Notes: a model not told the origin generated them from the sequence alone. A stretch of 63,534 nt of DNA, filler included, from Sphaeroforma arctica JP610 (GCF_001186125.1; 6 parts of 3 records of this genome joined end to end with filler, not necessarily neighbours in it); one strand, 5' to 3'. Shown: positions 26,591 through 39,944, counted from the whole stretch's first letter. Program-made: numbers and translations.

Positions 26591-28572
26591 GGGTGGTTCT
26601 TAACGAGGAGTTTTCAATAAATCCGTTTAATTAAAGGTATTTTTCAACCAATGAGAACACATAGTTTTTGTTTTTCGAAAATTCATTAAACAACAAGGTG
26701 CTCAGAATTCGTTGTTAAAGGCTAACGAAAAACGAGAATACGTACCGTTAAAGTACGTTTGTCGACTGTGACGTAGAATAAGTAAAAACATTTCATTGGT
26801 AGAATGGAAAACCAAATGTGGTGTCAAATGTTGTGTGTTTTCACTGTTTTGAGCGCTCAACCGAATACTATGGGGACGCAGCACACAGCATCGACTTCCT
26901 CAGGTATTGAATTCAATCTTATGCAGAATGCTAGCACACCGCCGTCGAATCAATTGATGGCGATCACTTCTCAAGCGTCTTCGAGCTCTTCAGGTACTTC
27001 ATCAGATAGACAGATTTTCAAGGAGAGACAAAGAGTGTAACGAGGCGCACACAGCAGCCAAATTATTCAACATGGCTTCGTGAATCGGCGAACAAAGAAC
27101 ACATACGAAGGGAAGAAATGCTAGGTCTTACCGTTAGAGGAGTACCTGTCAAACGTAATGCAGCAGGTGAAATTATGTATTCACGAGAGCATGTTTATGA
27201 TGTACATGACAAGAAGGGTTTTAGCGTCCAGTCCAAACAGCGAATAATTCAGGCGTTGTATGATAATGATAGAGCGACAACTGACTCTCCTAATTGGCTC
27301 TCGACCCCTCTAAACATAACACCAAAGAAGAAGCACAAAGTAATAAGCAAGACAAAGGTGAAGAAAGACAAACAATAAATTCCAGTAAAACAGAAGGATG
27401 AGGCGATGATGCTTCGAAAGACTGATAATGCATTAGCACGATTCTGTGCAATTATTACGGATGAGAAACACTACGACGGGCTTGTATCACTAGAAGAGGG
27501 TGATACACGAGCTATGCTTGACAATAAGGCTACCGGAGACAGTAACGTATTTTGGGTCGATGTAACTCAAGACTTTATGAATCCCGATTATGCATGGAAC
27601 ATGACAAACGAAATAATTCTAAGTGATGGTGAAGCCTATACAAACGATTCTGACAGCGATGACGATAATGTTGACAATGCTATTCTGCAAGCACGAGTAA
27701 CTAAGCACGCTGACAAGTTAGCTGAACGGCGTAGAAAGAAGTCACAGTATCCAGCCTCTCCTCCACTCGAACAGTGGGAAAATGACTGGGATGTCCTGAA
27801 TGCTACCCAGAAGAGCATGGTTGAGCGAATAGAACGAGTCGATCCTATGGATATAACATTTACAACACAGGCCCGAAAGATGTTTGGAGACATTATTTGC
27901 AAGACAGCCGTGAGAAACAGACTAATCTCTTGGTGGAAAGATGCCAAATCTAGCTTTGCGATTGTGCAAACAAATATGGAGAAATCTGGCCATCATGCGC
28001 CCACATTTTTGGATTTCTTTATGGTAAGATTTGTGCACTGATGTTGTACACGTACATATTGCCACGTGGGGAGGGTGCTTTAGAAGCACTCTGTGCTGTT
28101 GCAGGAGGCCCATTAACTACTGGGATGTCTAGTGCGATTGAATGGGAAGACACAGAAGTTTCTGATTGCGCTGACTCCGGTGTGTCCACAACTTCAACCG
28201 GACGTACACGCAGCGCCAAACATGAAAAGGAGCTAAAGAGGAAAAAACAGGCCATGAAAGAATTGGCGTGTTCAAAGGAAAGCGACGAAGCTATGAACGA
28301 AACAATTTCAAAGGGGGTACAGATGTCCATTGATAGCGACAGCGTGCGAAACATAGCTACACTTTCAAAAGAAATACTGGAACTCAAGAAAGCTATACTA
28401 GAAGTTGATGATGATGAAGAGCTAGAAAAAATGTTTACCAAAGCACTCCAAAAGGCAAAAGATTAGTTTAAGGCTCTACTAGGTTAATGTGTATACTACA
28501 TAGTGTATAATGTAAATAAATGAAAATAAAACAATTGTAGAGCAGCAGATATTTATTATTTGTATTATCATA
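26591..28572 (+). mobile_element. Candidate PIF/Harbinger element left part carrying a disrupted accessory (ORF2-like) gene, ~26869-28466
   Basis: TTA followed by GGGTGGTTCTTAAC at 26591 fits a Harbinger TSD/TIR start. Intronless ORF pieces 26804-27040, 27118-27378, 27406-28041 (same frame as 27118, one TAA between) and 28041-28466. Motifs TRAMLD..FWVDVTQDF and WWK......F.....NMEKSGHH..FLDF recall protist transposon-associated proteins. Cut by the gap. Confidence 0.45.
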
Positions 28573-31199
28573 NNNNNNNNNNNNNNNNNNNNNNNNNNNN
28601 NNNNNNNNNNNNNNNNTTAATTAATTAANNNNNNNNNNNNNNNNNNNNNNNNNNNNNNNNNNNNNNNNNNNNTTTCCATCGAAGTTTACAAAGGCAGAGA
28701 TTTCGTGCTCATTGTCTACAGTTCATTGTATTTACACTTCCACAGCAAAACTTTCGTTGAGCGAGGTCCGTTTTATGTATTAAACGCTGTTTTTATTTGT
28801 AGGATACATTTTCAAGAAAATTATTTTTGTAAAACTATCATATACAAGTCGCTCTATTCACTCAGAATATCTCGGCTTCTGCCTAATTCTACGAATATTT
28901 TTGTTTTCTGAGGCCGACATCGTTGCTCAAACCCTAGTAGCATATCCTATTTTTTTCTTGTCCTGTGTGTAGCGATTTTGTGTAGCGCATTTTTGTAGTA
29001 CAAAATTTTAGCATAATGTACATATACCACGTGTAGAACATATAGAAGACTCGTTGCCTAGTTTTCTTTTGTCATACCATACGCATACTTGTGTTTATTG
29101 TACCCGATCTCATCTCTCATACCTATTTAGTCAATAGTTTTCAATCTGCGTGCAGCGCATGTCCACAGCTTTTATGGAGTAATGTGAGAGACGAGCAAGA
29201 AATGGAAAGTTCTTTTCTCAGGTCACTGAGTTTATAGGATGTGGGTTCTTGGGAAATTTAACAAGCGAATAGGCAAGCGTTTGCTAGTTTACACTCGAAC
29301 AATATTATGTGACACATGCACCACACTAGTCCAGTAGAATTAAGATCTAAACCAAGTGGTTATAGACCAGGTGATACCCAACAGACTCGGAAAAGCAAAA
29401 CAAAAATTAGGACAAGAATAAACTAAGCAATAGAGTACACACCTGAAACAATTGGTACAAAGATCAGCTGTCTCCGTTATATTCATCCAGTGTCAACACA
29501 AAACACAATGAGTTACAAGAGGTGAAACTATGGGCAGGTCTGACATACACATGTCTGACTACTGTTGGAGTATATACTGCAGAGCTCATGTGTGTAAATA
29601 TGTAGGCATGCGTTCATTATTGTATACCCGAGCGTTAGTATGTATCACTAAGCTCGATAGAGTCAGGATCAAAACTAATAGATGGTCTACCCAATGTTGT
29701 TCGACCAAGTAAAAGTCGCAAGCAAGGTCGGGAAAAAACAAACAAACCGAACAATCAAATGACGGAAGCAAATAGTTCGAAAAAATCATGTGTCATCTCC
29801 GTTGGAGTAATCCGGCGCCGACACAAAATGTATTGGAATTCGAGTGGTGTATTTTATAGATAGCTCTGGCAGACACTTCTTTTTCTAATCTAGACGAAGG
29901 GTTTACACGCCGAGATCGTGATAAAAAAAAATCAGAGCGGCTTCGCGTGAGATTTAGTTTGCCAGAGTGCGTGGTGATATGCGTATGTGTGAGCTTCAAA
30001 CCAAATTAATAAGTACATGCAGGCCTGGTAAACAAATGTTGGTGCAATTATCTGGGCGTCCGTGTGAATAATTTCGATACGCGCAAGTGAAGGATATTTT
30101 TACTTAATATTTTGTTCCGCGGATTTCAGTGTGTATATGTGCCTTCAATCGAAGGGAGTTTATGAATATATCGCCTGAAAGGTTCAGTGGCATAGTCTGC
30201 TACCACTAAATTTAAAATTGTACCTGCAAGTATATATTTTGTATTGCTGTTTTTATGTTGACACCCGCCTTTATATTGCAGTCGAAAGGATCGCGCTCTG
30301 GATGTTATTTGGAAAAAGGTCACGAATTCGTTCACAAAAAGACAAAGATATCAGGTAATTGCTTGTCACATCCAATTCATATCTGAAGGTGCCCTTCGAC
30401 AAGCATGTGCCAGGGGATCATTTGGTACAGGCCAATCAAATGTTGCAACTGCCGATTCAAGCGCATATTGAGATCAAGCACCACTGAACACTTGAAACCG
30501 ACAATGTGACAGCTAGCGTGGATTCCATGATATATAATATGTATTTTGTAGATACATGAGTTGATTCTCAAGTATACTGATCAAGTACAATATAATTATA
30601 ACTTAGGTGATTGGTCAGCTCGTATTATTTCGTTCATGGTGTGCTATCATGATCATTTCACACATTCGCTGACTCCGAGTTACAAGTCTGTAAACTTACA
30701 GATTTCCATGCTAAAGCTATTCAATACAGAGGGCGCTGTCTTGAGCATTTGTTCTCTACTAAATCGTCCTTGTTTCAGAGACAGGTAAGTGTGCAGCATA
30801 AATAATTATTTCAGGTGTGTTGTAGTTTTCTACGAGTAGATATGAAATTGGAAAAAAAGAAACACTAATATACCTATGTACATATGACATTGCTTTCAAC
30901 GACCAATCTTCCAGATGATTGCAAAGTTTTGTAGACACGGATGTCTGAGTACCTGCACAGAGAAAGTTGCATACTGCAGATTTTTAAGATCGTTGTGAAC
31001 TTAAGCCATGGAAAGCAATTACAAAGGTTCGAATCAATTCAATCCGTGTCCGCCAGTTCAAAGCAGTTGTTCCAATCTATGTCAGTTACGAGCTGGACTT
31101 AACACGCTTCAGTTTCATACCTGAAGTCCTCGGACTAAACTAAAGCGTGACAAACCTGTGTGATATAGGACATTGGTAGTGTTTCCGTGAGCAGCGCGA

Positions 31200-31760
31200 A
31201 ATAACAGATTCCACAGCCAACATCATCAACCCGTGTTCATAGCGTTCTACCGAAGGTTCTGCCACAACCATGAATGGTTGGACAACCTGTAAAGCCACAC
31301 CAGGCAATGGGGCAATCTAGAGCGACTCAGAGCACTACTCAGAATTTTACAGCGCTACAACAAGGAATTTTGGTACAGCCATGTGCTTCTATAAACAATC
31401 AACAGTTTATGAACACAAATTTTGTGCAGTCGCTGAATCAAACACCGAACGCAACCCCGCACATGATCAGGCTATTAATGCCACTCAATAAGAATGTGCA
31501 AGCATTGACTGTAGTACAAAACAACGTACAACCACAAGTTTCTTAAATTCCATAATGGCGCGACGACAGAAACAGCGTCGTCAGCTGCTACAATGAACGG
31601 CTGGATAGGACAACCCTCAACAACAACAGGCGAGTCAACACCAGAGTTCACGGTAAACAGCAGGTGCCAGAATTCATCAGACAGCAAGTGCGATAAAAAT
31701 ACCAATGTGCAGTGAATATATTGAGCAGATTATAAATATATTATATAGGTACATTATATG
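31200..31760 (+). pseudogene. Gln/Asn/Thr-rich disrupted coding relic
   Basis: ORF 31274-31546 is Q-rich. Q-rich translation continues past stops and a frameshift (ARRQKQRRQLLQ*TAG*DNPQQQQASQHQ). Confidence 0.4.
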
Positions 31761-34073
31761 AAAACAAGATCGAAAAATATTGCTGAGGCGTACGCACGTT
31801 GTCCAGCAGAGTTTAGGAAAAACCATTCACACACAAATATATAAGAAAGTAGCACATATGCGGGCGATGTAGCACAGTCAGAGTCAGTAGCCGGTGCGCC
31901 GTCACCACAATGCCAATAAAACTTTCATGACTGAAGTATATGATTCCCTTTGTGTTTGTGCGCTTCTGTTCGTCACCGACAAAGTATCCGTGTTGTACTT
32001 TGGGTCGTCATGTAGAATATGTCAAGGTCTCGCATCACATATATGTGGTTTTTTTTGTACAAAAGGTGGATACATTTTTCTTGTACCTCGACTCAGTCTT
32101 AGCTCGGCACTTGACGGAAAGGAACCGACTCGCACCTCGATACCAATGAAAATGATTCGTCACTAAATCGCCTCCACACAAACAGACCCTTCGACGACTT
32201 CTGCCTACACATGTACGTTGAAAACCACGTTTTGGGGGGGGGGGAGGGGGGGCACATGTATTAACAGATTCACCTCAATTGTTTTCGTTACCTTTGAGAA
32301 GAGCTCAGCCCCAGACAAACTGATCCACGAAAAGGGTCCCGCCTGATCGCGCAGTGATCTCACTGAGTGTCCGTGTCATTCACTCCCCTGGGTGTCACTA
32401 TCAGACCTCTCAGTCTGGGGTGCAAAGATAGTAAACTTTGCTTGCGGCTCATACATCCAGGTGTTTTTAGGCCCTAAGTATCGTAGATCCGATCGATCCG
32501 ATCCCGGGTCTCATGGGCTGACTCCCCTGTTGTCTCGACAACAAGAACAGCGGCCTCTATCTCGAGCCTGCAGGAGGAGTACAGGCTTTGTTTCCTCCAT
32601 TTCCTACCGACAGGTGGGAAAGTCAACTTACCATTTATTCTGGACAGTAAATTTCTCAAAACAATTGATGTTTACAGTAAAGTGGGTTTTTTTTATGTCG
32701 CATCTTCACGACAACTTCAATTTCGTCGACTTGATCTTTGATAAAGTAGAACGTTCGTTGCACTATTCATGCACGACTACAATTATCAGTCAAGGAATTT
32801 TGTTAACACTGAATAGTCTTTATAGGAGAGGCACAATCACTTTTTTTAGATGCTATCATCGGGTAAACGTCATATTCTATACTTCAATCTTCATTTTTGC
32901 AGATTACCGGATTTAGCTGGTGCTCGTTATTCTATGTTAGGTAGATATTAGTAGATCCCTGAGTCACTCGAAGGGCAATCCCTCGAGCGGAGGATGATAG
33001 ATACAGGATCGTAGCGTACATCTCCGCAGGACCTGCAAGCGCCGCAAGCGGACGTCGTATACTCTCATCTTCAACATCTGGCTCTCCCTTATTTCTAACT
33101 TACGGGATTAATTTGCCGAGTTTTAGATCATGAAGAATATGCTGAAAGTCTAAAGATTTTCAACAACCTCAGCCTAGTGAGAGTTCACAAGAACATAGTG
33201 GGCATTCAAATGTTTCACTAGCGCCTCAAGTACCTTTATCAGGTCCCTCAAGTGATCCTAAGGTAGCTACAACTTCTCAGTCAAAGAGTACTATTACTAT
33301 TGCCTCTAAGAGAGTGCATTACCAGGCTTTACAGTCGCTAGTTGCATCACTATCGGTTATTCCTGATCGTAGGGAGGGGTTTCTCCCAGAAACAAACTAA
33401 TATAACGCAGCTTATATTCAATATTATTCTCGAGCAAGAGATCGTTAAAAATTCACAATCATTTATAACCATGCTGCTACGATGCAACATCGTATTGAAA
33501 TGTACATGGGTGAGGTTTCAAAACACTCAAAAGAAACATGTCGAGCATTTAATTGAGCAATCATGGACCAGATCTGTCAGGGACATAGAAGGCGCTTTAA
33601 CAAGGTAAAAGACATCCTTTTAACGAAGTAAATCTAGCAGAATTCTCGAAATTCTAAAGAGTCAAAGATGTTGTCAATGATGAGAGAAGGATGGGAAATT
33701 CGACGCATCCCCATTGACGAATACTACTATGCGGTAACGTATGCAATAGCATCGGGAAGCAAGCTTGTTGGCAATGATTTTTCACAATCTTAAGCACTTT
33801 ACTATCTCGGTCACTCCGGTGGTCAACCTCAAGGGAGTGAAGTACAGTATAGTTTACACTCCTAGAGATCGGCCACCGGGGTTGACCACTACTCTTTGTG
33901 ACATTAAGTACTGATTTAGGCTTTCTATTTTTTGACTATCAACCGTATCACCAATAGCCTGTACAATCTCCTTCTTCGTTCTTATTCTGAGTTTAATTAA
34001 AGTTAGTAATCTTTGGACAAAGACCCCTAGTTTAATCATTGCCATTCTCGTAATGATATATATATATATATAG

Positions 34074-34119
<46 letters not shown>

Positions 34120-34151
34120 GCATATGTATATATATATATATATATATATAT

Positions 34152-35270
34152 GTCGATTGGCATTTCACCTACTAGCTGCAGTTCATCTCATAGCGTTACA
34201 ACTCTTCCGAGTTCGCCCTTCCAATTTTCGATAAACTATCTGGGCTGACCACGGCCAAATCCACTTCCCTTTCGGATCATAAAAAATTCACTTACACTCC
34301 TTCAAACTTGCTTTCGCTACTCTAATTTATATAGTATCCTTAGGACCGGGCAAACTAGCTATTCCTTTATACTCGCTGACCATTTATGCAATAGGTACGT
34401 TGTTGTTTCTTTCAACTTTAACTGTAATTTCACACCGGATTTCTTGATTTATGTCACTTCACTTAGTGGTTCTTTTTCAGACTTTCCTTCACAGTACTCG
34501 TTCGCTATCGATAAAGTACTTTCGTTAATCTTCGATGGAGTTCACCGTTATTCAAAGAAAATTTCACGTGTTCTCTTCTGCCTTTTGATGTCTGAGCCAT
34601 CGTAGCTCCTTGAGGGTACACCCCCCAAAGGGGGCAGTGTAGGAGTGTGGCTACCCTCCACCACTCGAGTGTGAGCCCTCACAAATGTAGGTGGCACCCA
34701 CCTCCACTAGGGGGGAGCGTAGGAGGGACACCAAGGAATACCCTCCACCAGTGTAGGAGGGCTTCCGTTCTCCACCGAGTACGCTACCATCCACTTCCCT
34801 CTCGTAGGGAGTACGGATACTACGATACTGTGTGCTACGCCAACTTACAGGATCCTTTCCCCATCTGTTCTTCCAATCTCTTATCATTCAGCTCTCGATC
34901 CCGGTAGGCGGGCTCTTGCCGTCAAAAGATAACATTGCCCGTGTAGCATTGCCCGTGACGGGTCACAGTAGCTCGGTCACGGGGGGCATCAAGAAACCCT
35001 CGTCTATTCTTTAGATCCCACAGGGAGGTGCCCTCCTGACGGGGTATCTAGCTCGTCCGGTTCTTCCGTTTTTGCTCGCCACTATTCACGCAATCTCGTT
35101 CAATTTATTTATACACATTACTTAGATGTTTCAGTTCATATGCTTCATTTTACCCCCACCATCATCTCTGGGGGTCTTTATGAGTTTCCCCTTAGTGTTA
35201 TTGTACATGTGCACACTTTTCGCTTTATCATACGACACTTAAGATTCTTCTAGTCTTCCATCCTATACTA
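34152..35270 (-). rRNA. rnl: Mitochondrial-type large-subunit rRNA 5' fragment (domains I-II), probable NUMT
   Basis: Colinear blocks match the reverse complement of bacterial-type 23S: gattggcatttcacct, ctcgctgacccatttatgcaataggtacg, ctttccttcacagtactcgttcgctatcg, tttcacgtgt, gctcgccacta...gcaatctcgtt, tacttagatgtttcagttc, gtttcccc. It is AT-drifted and truncated at a (TA)n tract. Confidence 0.85.
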
Positions 35271-36849
35271 TTTATTCACTCGGCCACCATCTTTTTATCT
35301 GAGGCTATTTCTCTTGATCCTCGTAGCCATGAATACCATCATGTTTTACATGGTGGAGGGCAAAGTAAACTTGCTTAGCCCACAGTTGACAGCTATGGTT
35401 GCATGAACAAGAATCTGTCTGCCTAGACCTACAACCAAATCTCCCTAGTACGCTACAGGGGGAAAGAGGAAGAGATAGATATAAGATCGAATATGCGAGG
35501 AATAAAAATAGATAGAGAATCTAGGTGGACACCAGGTCTATCCCTCTGTCATGTCAGCGGGTAGATCACTATTGTCCGATTTGCATAACTAATCCTAGGC
35601 AAGGTTGTCAGCTTTCTCTTGAATATGCTTCAGATAATTTCCTACATCATTTCATTTCATAGATTATATACTTACATCTTTGTTCTACCTACTACCTAGT
35701 CTAGTCTTCTCTCGATGAAGCATCTGATTCTCCCCGTAGGCATGTCCACTTTTACCTGCCAATGAAATATCTCCCCACTTATCCCCATCCCAATGTCCAT
35801 AGTTAGACTGCCATCTCTTCCTGGTATTGGTACACTGGTTTCTTTAGATATATTTTTTTAAACTCTATTTACCCCCCGGGTATGCTGTGAAGTCTTTTAC
35901 TTTATTCTACTATCGTATTCATCATTTCACTAGTCATTTTGATATATTACTTGTGTGCATAGTTGAATTCCTTGGGCGTACATCAATAATTACTTGCATA
36001 ATTTTACCCAAATAAAACTTTGAATTACAATTAAGCGTCGACCAACGCTCCGTTAGCAGTAGGATATCGGCCACTAGAATTTAAACTGATATTTGTAATC
36101 TATTTTTTCGCAGTCATAGAATTTCCAATATTTTTTATTCATATAAGTTCTGAGAGTTGGGTGACCTTAGCAGAGGACTTGCCGATGAGAACCGCGAGTT
36201 CTGAGTTTCGCGCTCGTCCCTCCGCAGTGTTTCGTTGAAGTTTTTGACTTGAGCTACACACAGGGAACAATGCGTATGAGATAAAAATTAGATCCAAATT
36301 GGTACACGAGATCGGGTCCAGGAGCTTCAAAGCATCCGGATCGGACAAGGGGGGAAGGTTGTGAAATTCCTAGAAAGATCAAGTGCTTTTACTTGACAAC
36401 TCTACGCAAAAGCTGCTGTGGATGTTTGCTATGATTTAACCTCGCGCCATACAGATGTGTGGGGTAAATGTAAAATGAGAGGTTTTGTGTGTAATGATTG
36501 ACCAATTGTCGAGAACTGCAAACCACAAGCACGATAACTATATACTATATTCTATATACGAACTATATACTATATACAATCTACGAACTATATACTATAT
36601 ACAATCTACGAACTATATACTATATACTTCAAACGCTTGACGTGAAAACACACACAATGAACTATCAATACGACACTATCACTCACCAAAATAAGACACT
36701 ATGCCGTCAACTGAACTAACTACTCATACGACATTATTACTCAGCAGGCAATAAACCAGACAATCATACAAACCATCAAGACAGTGCAAAAGACAATACA
36801 TCGTGCAAGAACCTACAAGTAAATCATTGATTTGTCACTTGGTACGACA

Positions 36850-37215
36850 TCAACTCAGGAGGCTATGACTATGAGCTACAGGTGACCTATTAAAACATAT
36901 CATAACTCATCAATCATGACACCAACTCAGGGAGGCTATGACTATGAGCTACAGGTGACATTTAAATACGACATCATGACTCATCAATTAAAGAGGGTAT
37001 GACTATGAGCTACAAGTGACCCATCAATACGACAACATGATTCATCAAATACGACACTCAGGAGGCTACGACTGTGAGCTATAGGTGACCTTTGAATATA
37101 ACATCACGACTCATCAATTAAGGAGGCTATGACTATGAGCTATATTTAACCTATTAAGCGATATCATAACTCACCAAGGTACGACGCCATGCAGGAGAAT
37201 GTGACTATGAGCTCC
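36850..37215. repeat. Minisatellite, 6 units of ~61-73 bp (core ggaggctatgactatgagctacaggtgac)
   Basis: Core at ~36858, 36931, 36992, 37060, 37122 and 37194; the intervening parts are mutually similar. Confidence 0.9.
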
Positions 37216-37457
37216 AACGTTGTTATGGCCCTCATATAGTTGAAGATGCTACCCTCCAGGTTGACCTGTGAGTGGTGAAGCGATAATTGTACACCATCTC
37301 AGAAAACAGCACGCCCTAATTCCTGAAGCAATCTTGTATGAAGCCATGGGATGCTCACAAACGTGTCATAGACCAAGAAAACATGCGCAAAACATGAGAA
37401 AAACATGTGCAAAACATGAGAAAAACTCTCGCATATCGGTAGAAATGCGGCAACGTG

Positions 37458-37630
37458 ATTCATTACCATTACGTCAGTATATAAACGTTTCTAATCGTGC
37501 TTACTAGCTCTATTCATTGCGTCAGTATACAAACGGTTATAATTGTACTTACTAGCTCTATTCAATACGTTAGTATATAAAATTCATTACGTCAGTATAT
37601 AGATGTTTGGAATCGTGCTTACTAGCTCTC
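37458..37630. repeat. ~50-bp tandem repeat x3 (cattacgtcagtatata...gtgcttactagctct)
   Basis: Direct inspection. Confidence 0.85.
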
Positions 37631-37649
37631 TATACATGCATAGTGCAGC

Positions 37650-38991
37650 GCTAACCAGGGCCGCAGGCAGCCGACACGGTATAGTAATAGGAATGGAAAG
37701 GCGATTGACCACATACATCTGCGTTGAGGAGGGCCAGCATCACCAGCAGGATCGTGTTATCTGCGGATAGACCAAACCGTTCATTTTTTTGTGAGACGTT
37801 GTGCGTTGCGGTGGAAAGTACAGATATATACCCGTGGCGACAATGACACTAATTAGTGCCCACCGAGATACAGAATTTGACAGCCGAAACGAGCTCAACT
37901 TCAATTCATCAGGAGGTGCTTACACGGCATCGACTTGTGATATATTGCTTATTAGATTGCAGGGAATGTGATACATTGTCATATTAAATAGTAGTGAAGA
38001 TGATGTATTGTCCCACTCGATTACAGGGAATATGACACTCTTGTCTTATTTTAAATAGCAGTGCATGTGCTACATTGTCTTAATAGATTGCAGGGAATGT
38101 GGCAAGTTGTCTCATTAAATAGTAGTGAAGGTGATGTATTGTCCCATTCAATTACAGAAATATGGCACATTTGTCTTATTTTAAATAGTAGTGAATGTGA
38201 TACATTGTCGTATTAGATATCAGAAAATGGGACGTGCTGACCTAGCAGACAGCAGAGATTGCAACCCCTTGTCGTGCAGCATTAAATGCACCGCCGATAA
38301 ACACGTCTCTGCACTGAACGACACGCAATATACACTGACACGCTATATACACTGACACACTATATACAATGACACGCTATATGCACTGACCTGACACGTT
38401 ATATACACTGACACGCTATATGGACTGAAACACTATATACAATGACACGCTATATACACTGACACGCTATATACACTGACACGCTATATACACTGACACA
38501 CTATATACACTGCCACGCTATATACACTGACACGCTATATACACTGACGCGCTATATACACTGANNNNNNNNNNNNNNNNNNNNNNNNNNNNNNNNNNNN
38601 NNNNNNNNTTAATTAATTAANNNNNNNNNNNNNNNNNNNNNNNNNNNNNNNNNNNNNNNNNNNNTGGGGAATGTGAGAATGTAAGTAAACAGCTGCAGGT
38701 GGTGTGGGGAAGTGTGAGAATGTAAGTAAACAGCTGCAGGTCGTGTGGGGCAATGTGAGAATGTAAGTAAATAGCTGCAGGAAATACACCTATCATGTAC
38801 ACAAGTTCGGATACGGCTAGCGATGTGTAGGGCGGGTCAACGCTCGACTCGCACGACGCTCTGTTTCTTTGTTTGGTTAGTATGCGCAATCTCTTATGTA
38901 CACATATATATACTATCATATCCAGTGGAAACACACCCACACACTACCGAGGGCAAGTGCGTATAAGCAATTCAGCATGCATGAGATTGTA

Positions 38992-39076
<85 letters not shown>

Positions 39077-39089
39077 ACACACACACACA

Positions 39090-39151
<62 letters not shown>

Positions 39152-39944
39152 CATATACATACACATGCAGCCCATGGATACAAATAGTTTCATCCATATA
39201 TGAATCTACACGTAAAAATAGTCCCAAGTCCAAAGACTGCGGTTCTAAGTGAAGCCCTCGAACGCAACATCCAAATAGTCCGAGCAAGACAGCACCAAAC
39301 TGTCAATCCCTGCGAAAACATACACTGCCACGGATAGAGTGACACAGATGCGAATACAGTGGATGGCAGTCATATAGATGTACACAAACACATATATTAT
39401 CCATTCAGCCACTTGCATATACATATACACATACACTTATATATTATCCATTCAGTCACTTACATATACATATACACATACACATATATATTGTGGATGG
39501 TAGTTATATACATATACACATACACATACATATTGTAATTAGCAGTCATATACCTGTACACATACACATATATATTATGCATTCAGTCACATACATATAC
39601 ACATACACTTATATATTGTAATTAGCAGTCATATACATGTACACATATACTTATATAATGTTAATGCCAGTCATATACACGTACACGTGAACTTTTTCTA
39701 TAGTATACATTCGAATAACAATCGCTTACCGTTCTCACCAGCATGGACACAGAGCTGTGATTCCAATTCACGCCCACCAGCGCGAAGTCCGGAAAGTCCC
39801 AAAACAGCAGCACTAAATTAACCACCATTGCCGAAACAAGAACAGCCACAGGTCGAGTGACGTAGATGTGTCGGCTACGGATGACGTTCTGTTCAAAGCT
39901 GCGATCGAAACTGGTGCGTGCATTGAGCAGATGCAGACGCTCGC
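37650..39944 (-). CDS. Hypothetical multi-pass membrane protein, 3' exons (upstream exons probably in 40.7-41.7 kb)
   Basis: Exon 39944-39730 reads [52 protein letters not shown]. Probable exons at ~39310-39200 and ~38860-38790. The terminal exon ~37760-37650 ([17 protein letters not shown]...PG*) is phase-compatible across the gap. Confidence 0.5.
37940..38230. repeat. ~118-bp higher-order repeat built of ~30-bp subunits
   Basis: gattgcagggaatgtg...attaaatagtagtgaag.tgatgtattgtccca...ttgtcttattttaaatag repeats about 2.3 times. Confidence 0.8.
38310..38563. repeat. 17-bp tandem repeat (acactgacacgctatat)n
   Basis: About 14 copies running into the gap. Confidence 0.95.
38665..38781. repeat. 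40-bp tandem repeat x3 (tggggaatgtgagaatgtaagtaaacagctgcagg)
   Basis: Direct inspection. Confidence 0.9.

Noticed and set aside
30914..31273. Apparent upstream extension of the Q-rich frame through seven stops
   Set aside because: The stop density is about that of random sequence, so it is not evidence of coding or of a variant genetic code.
36850..37215. CRISPR-like periodicity (conserved ~29-bp core with variable intervals)
   Set aside because: The intervals are homologous to each other, the cores are degenerate, there are no cas genes, and the context is eukaryotic: a minisatellite.
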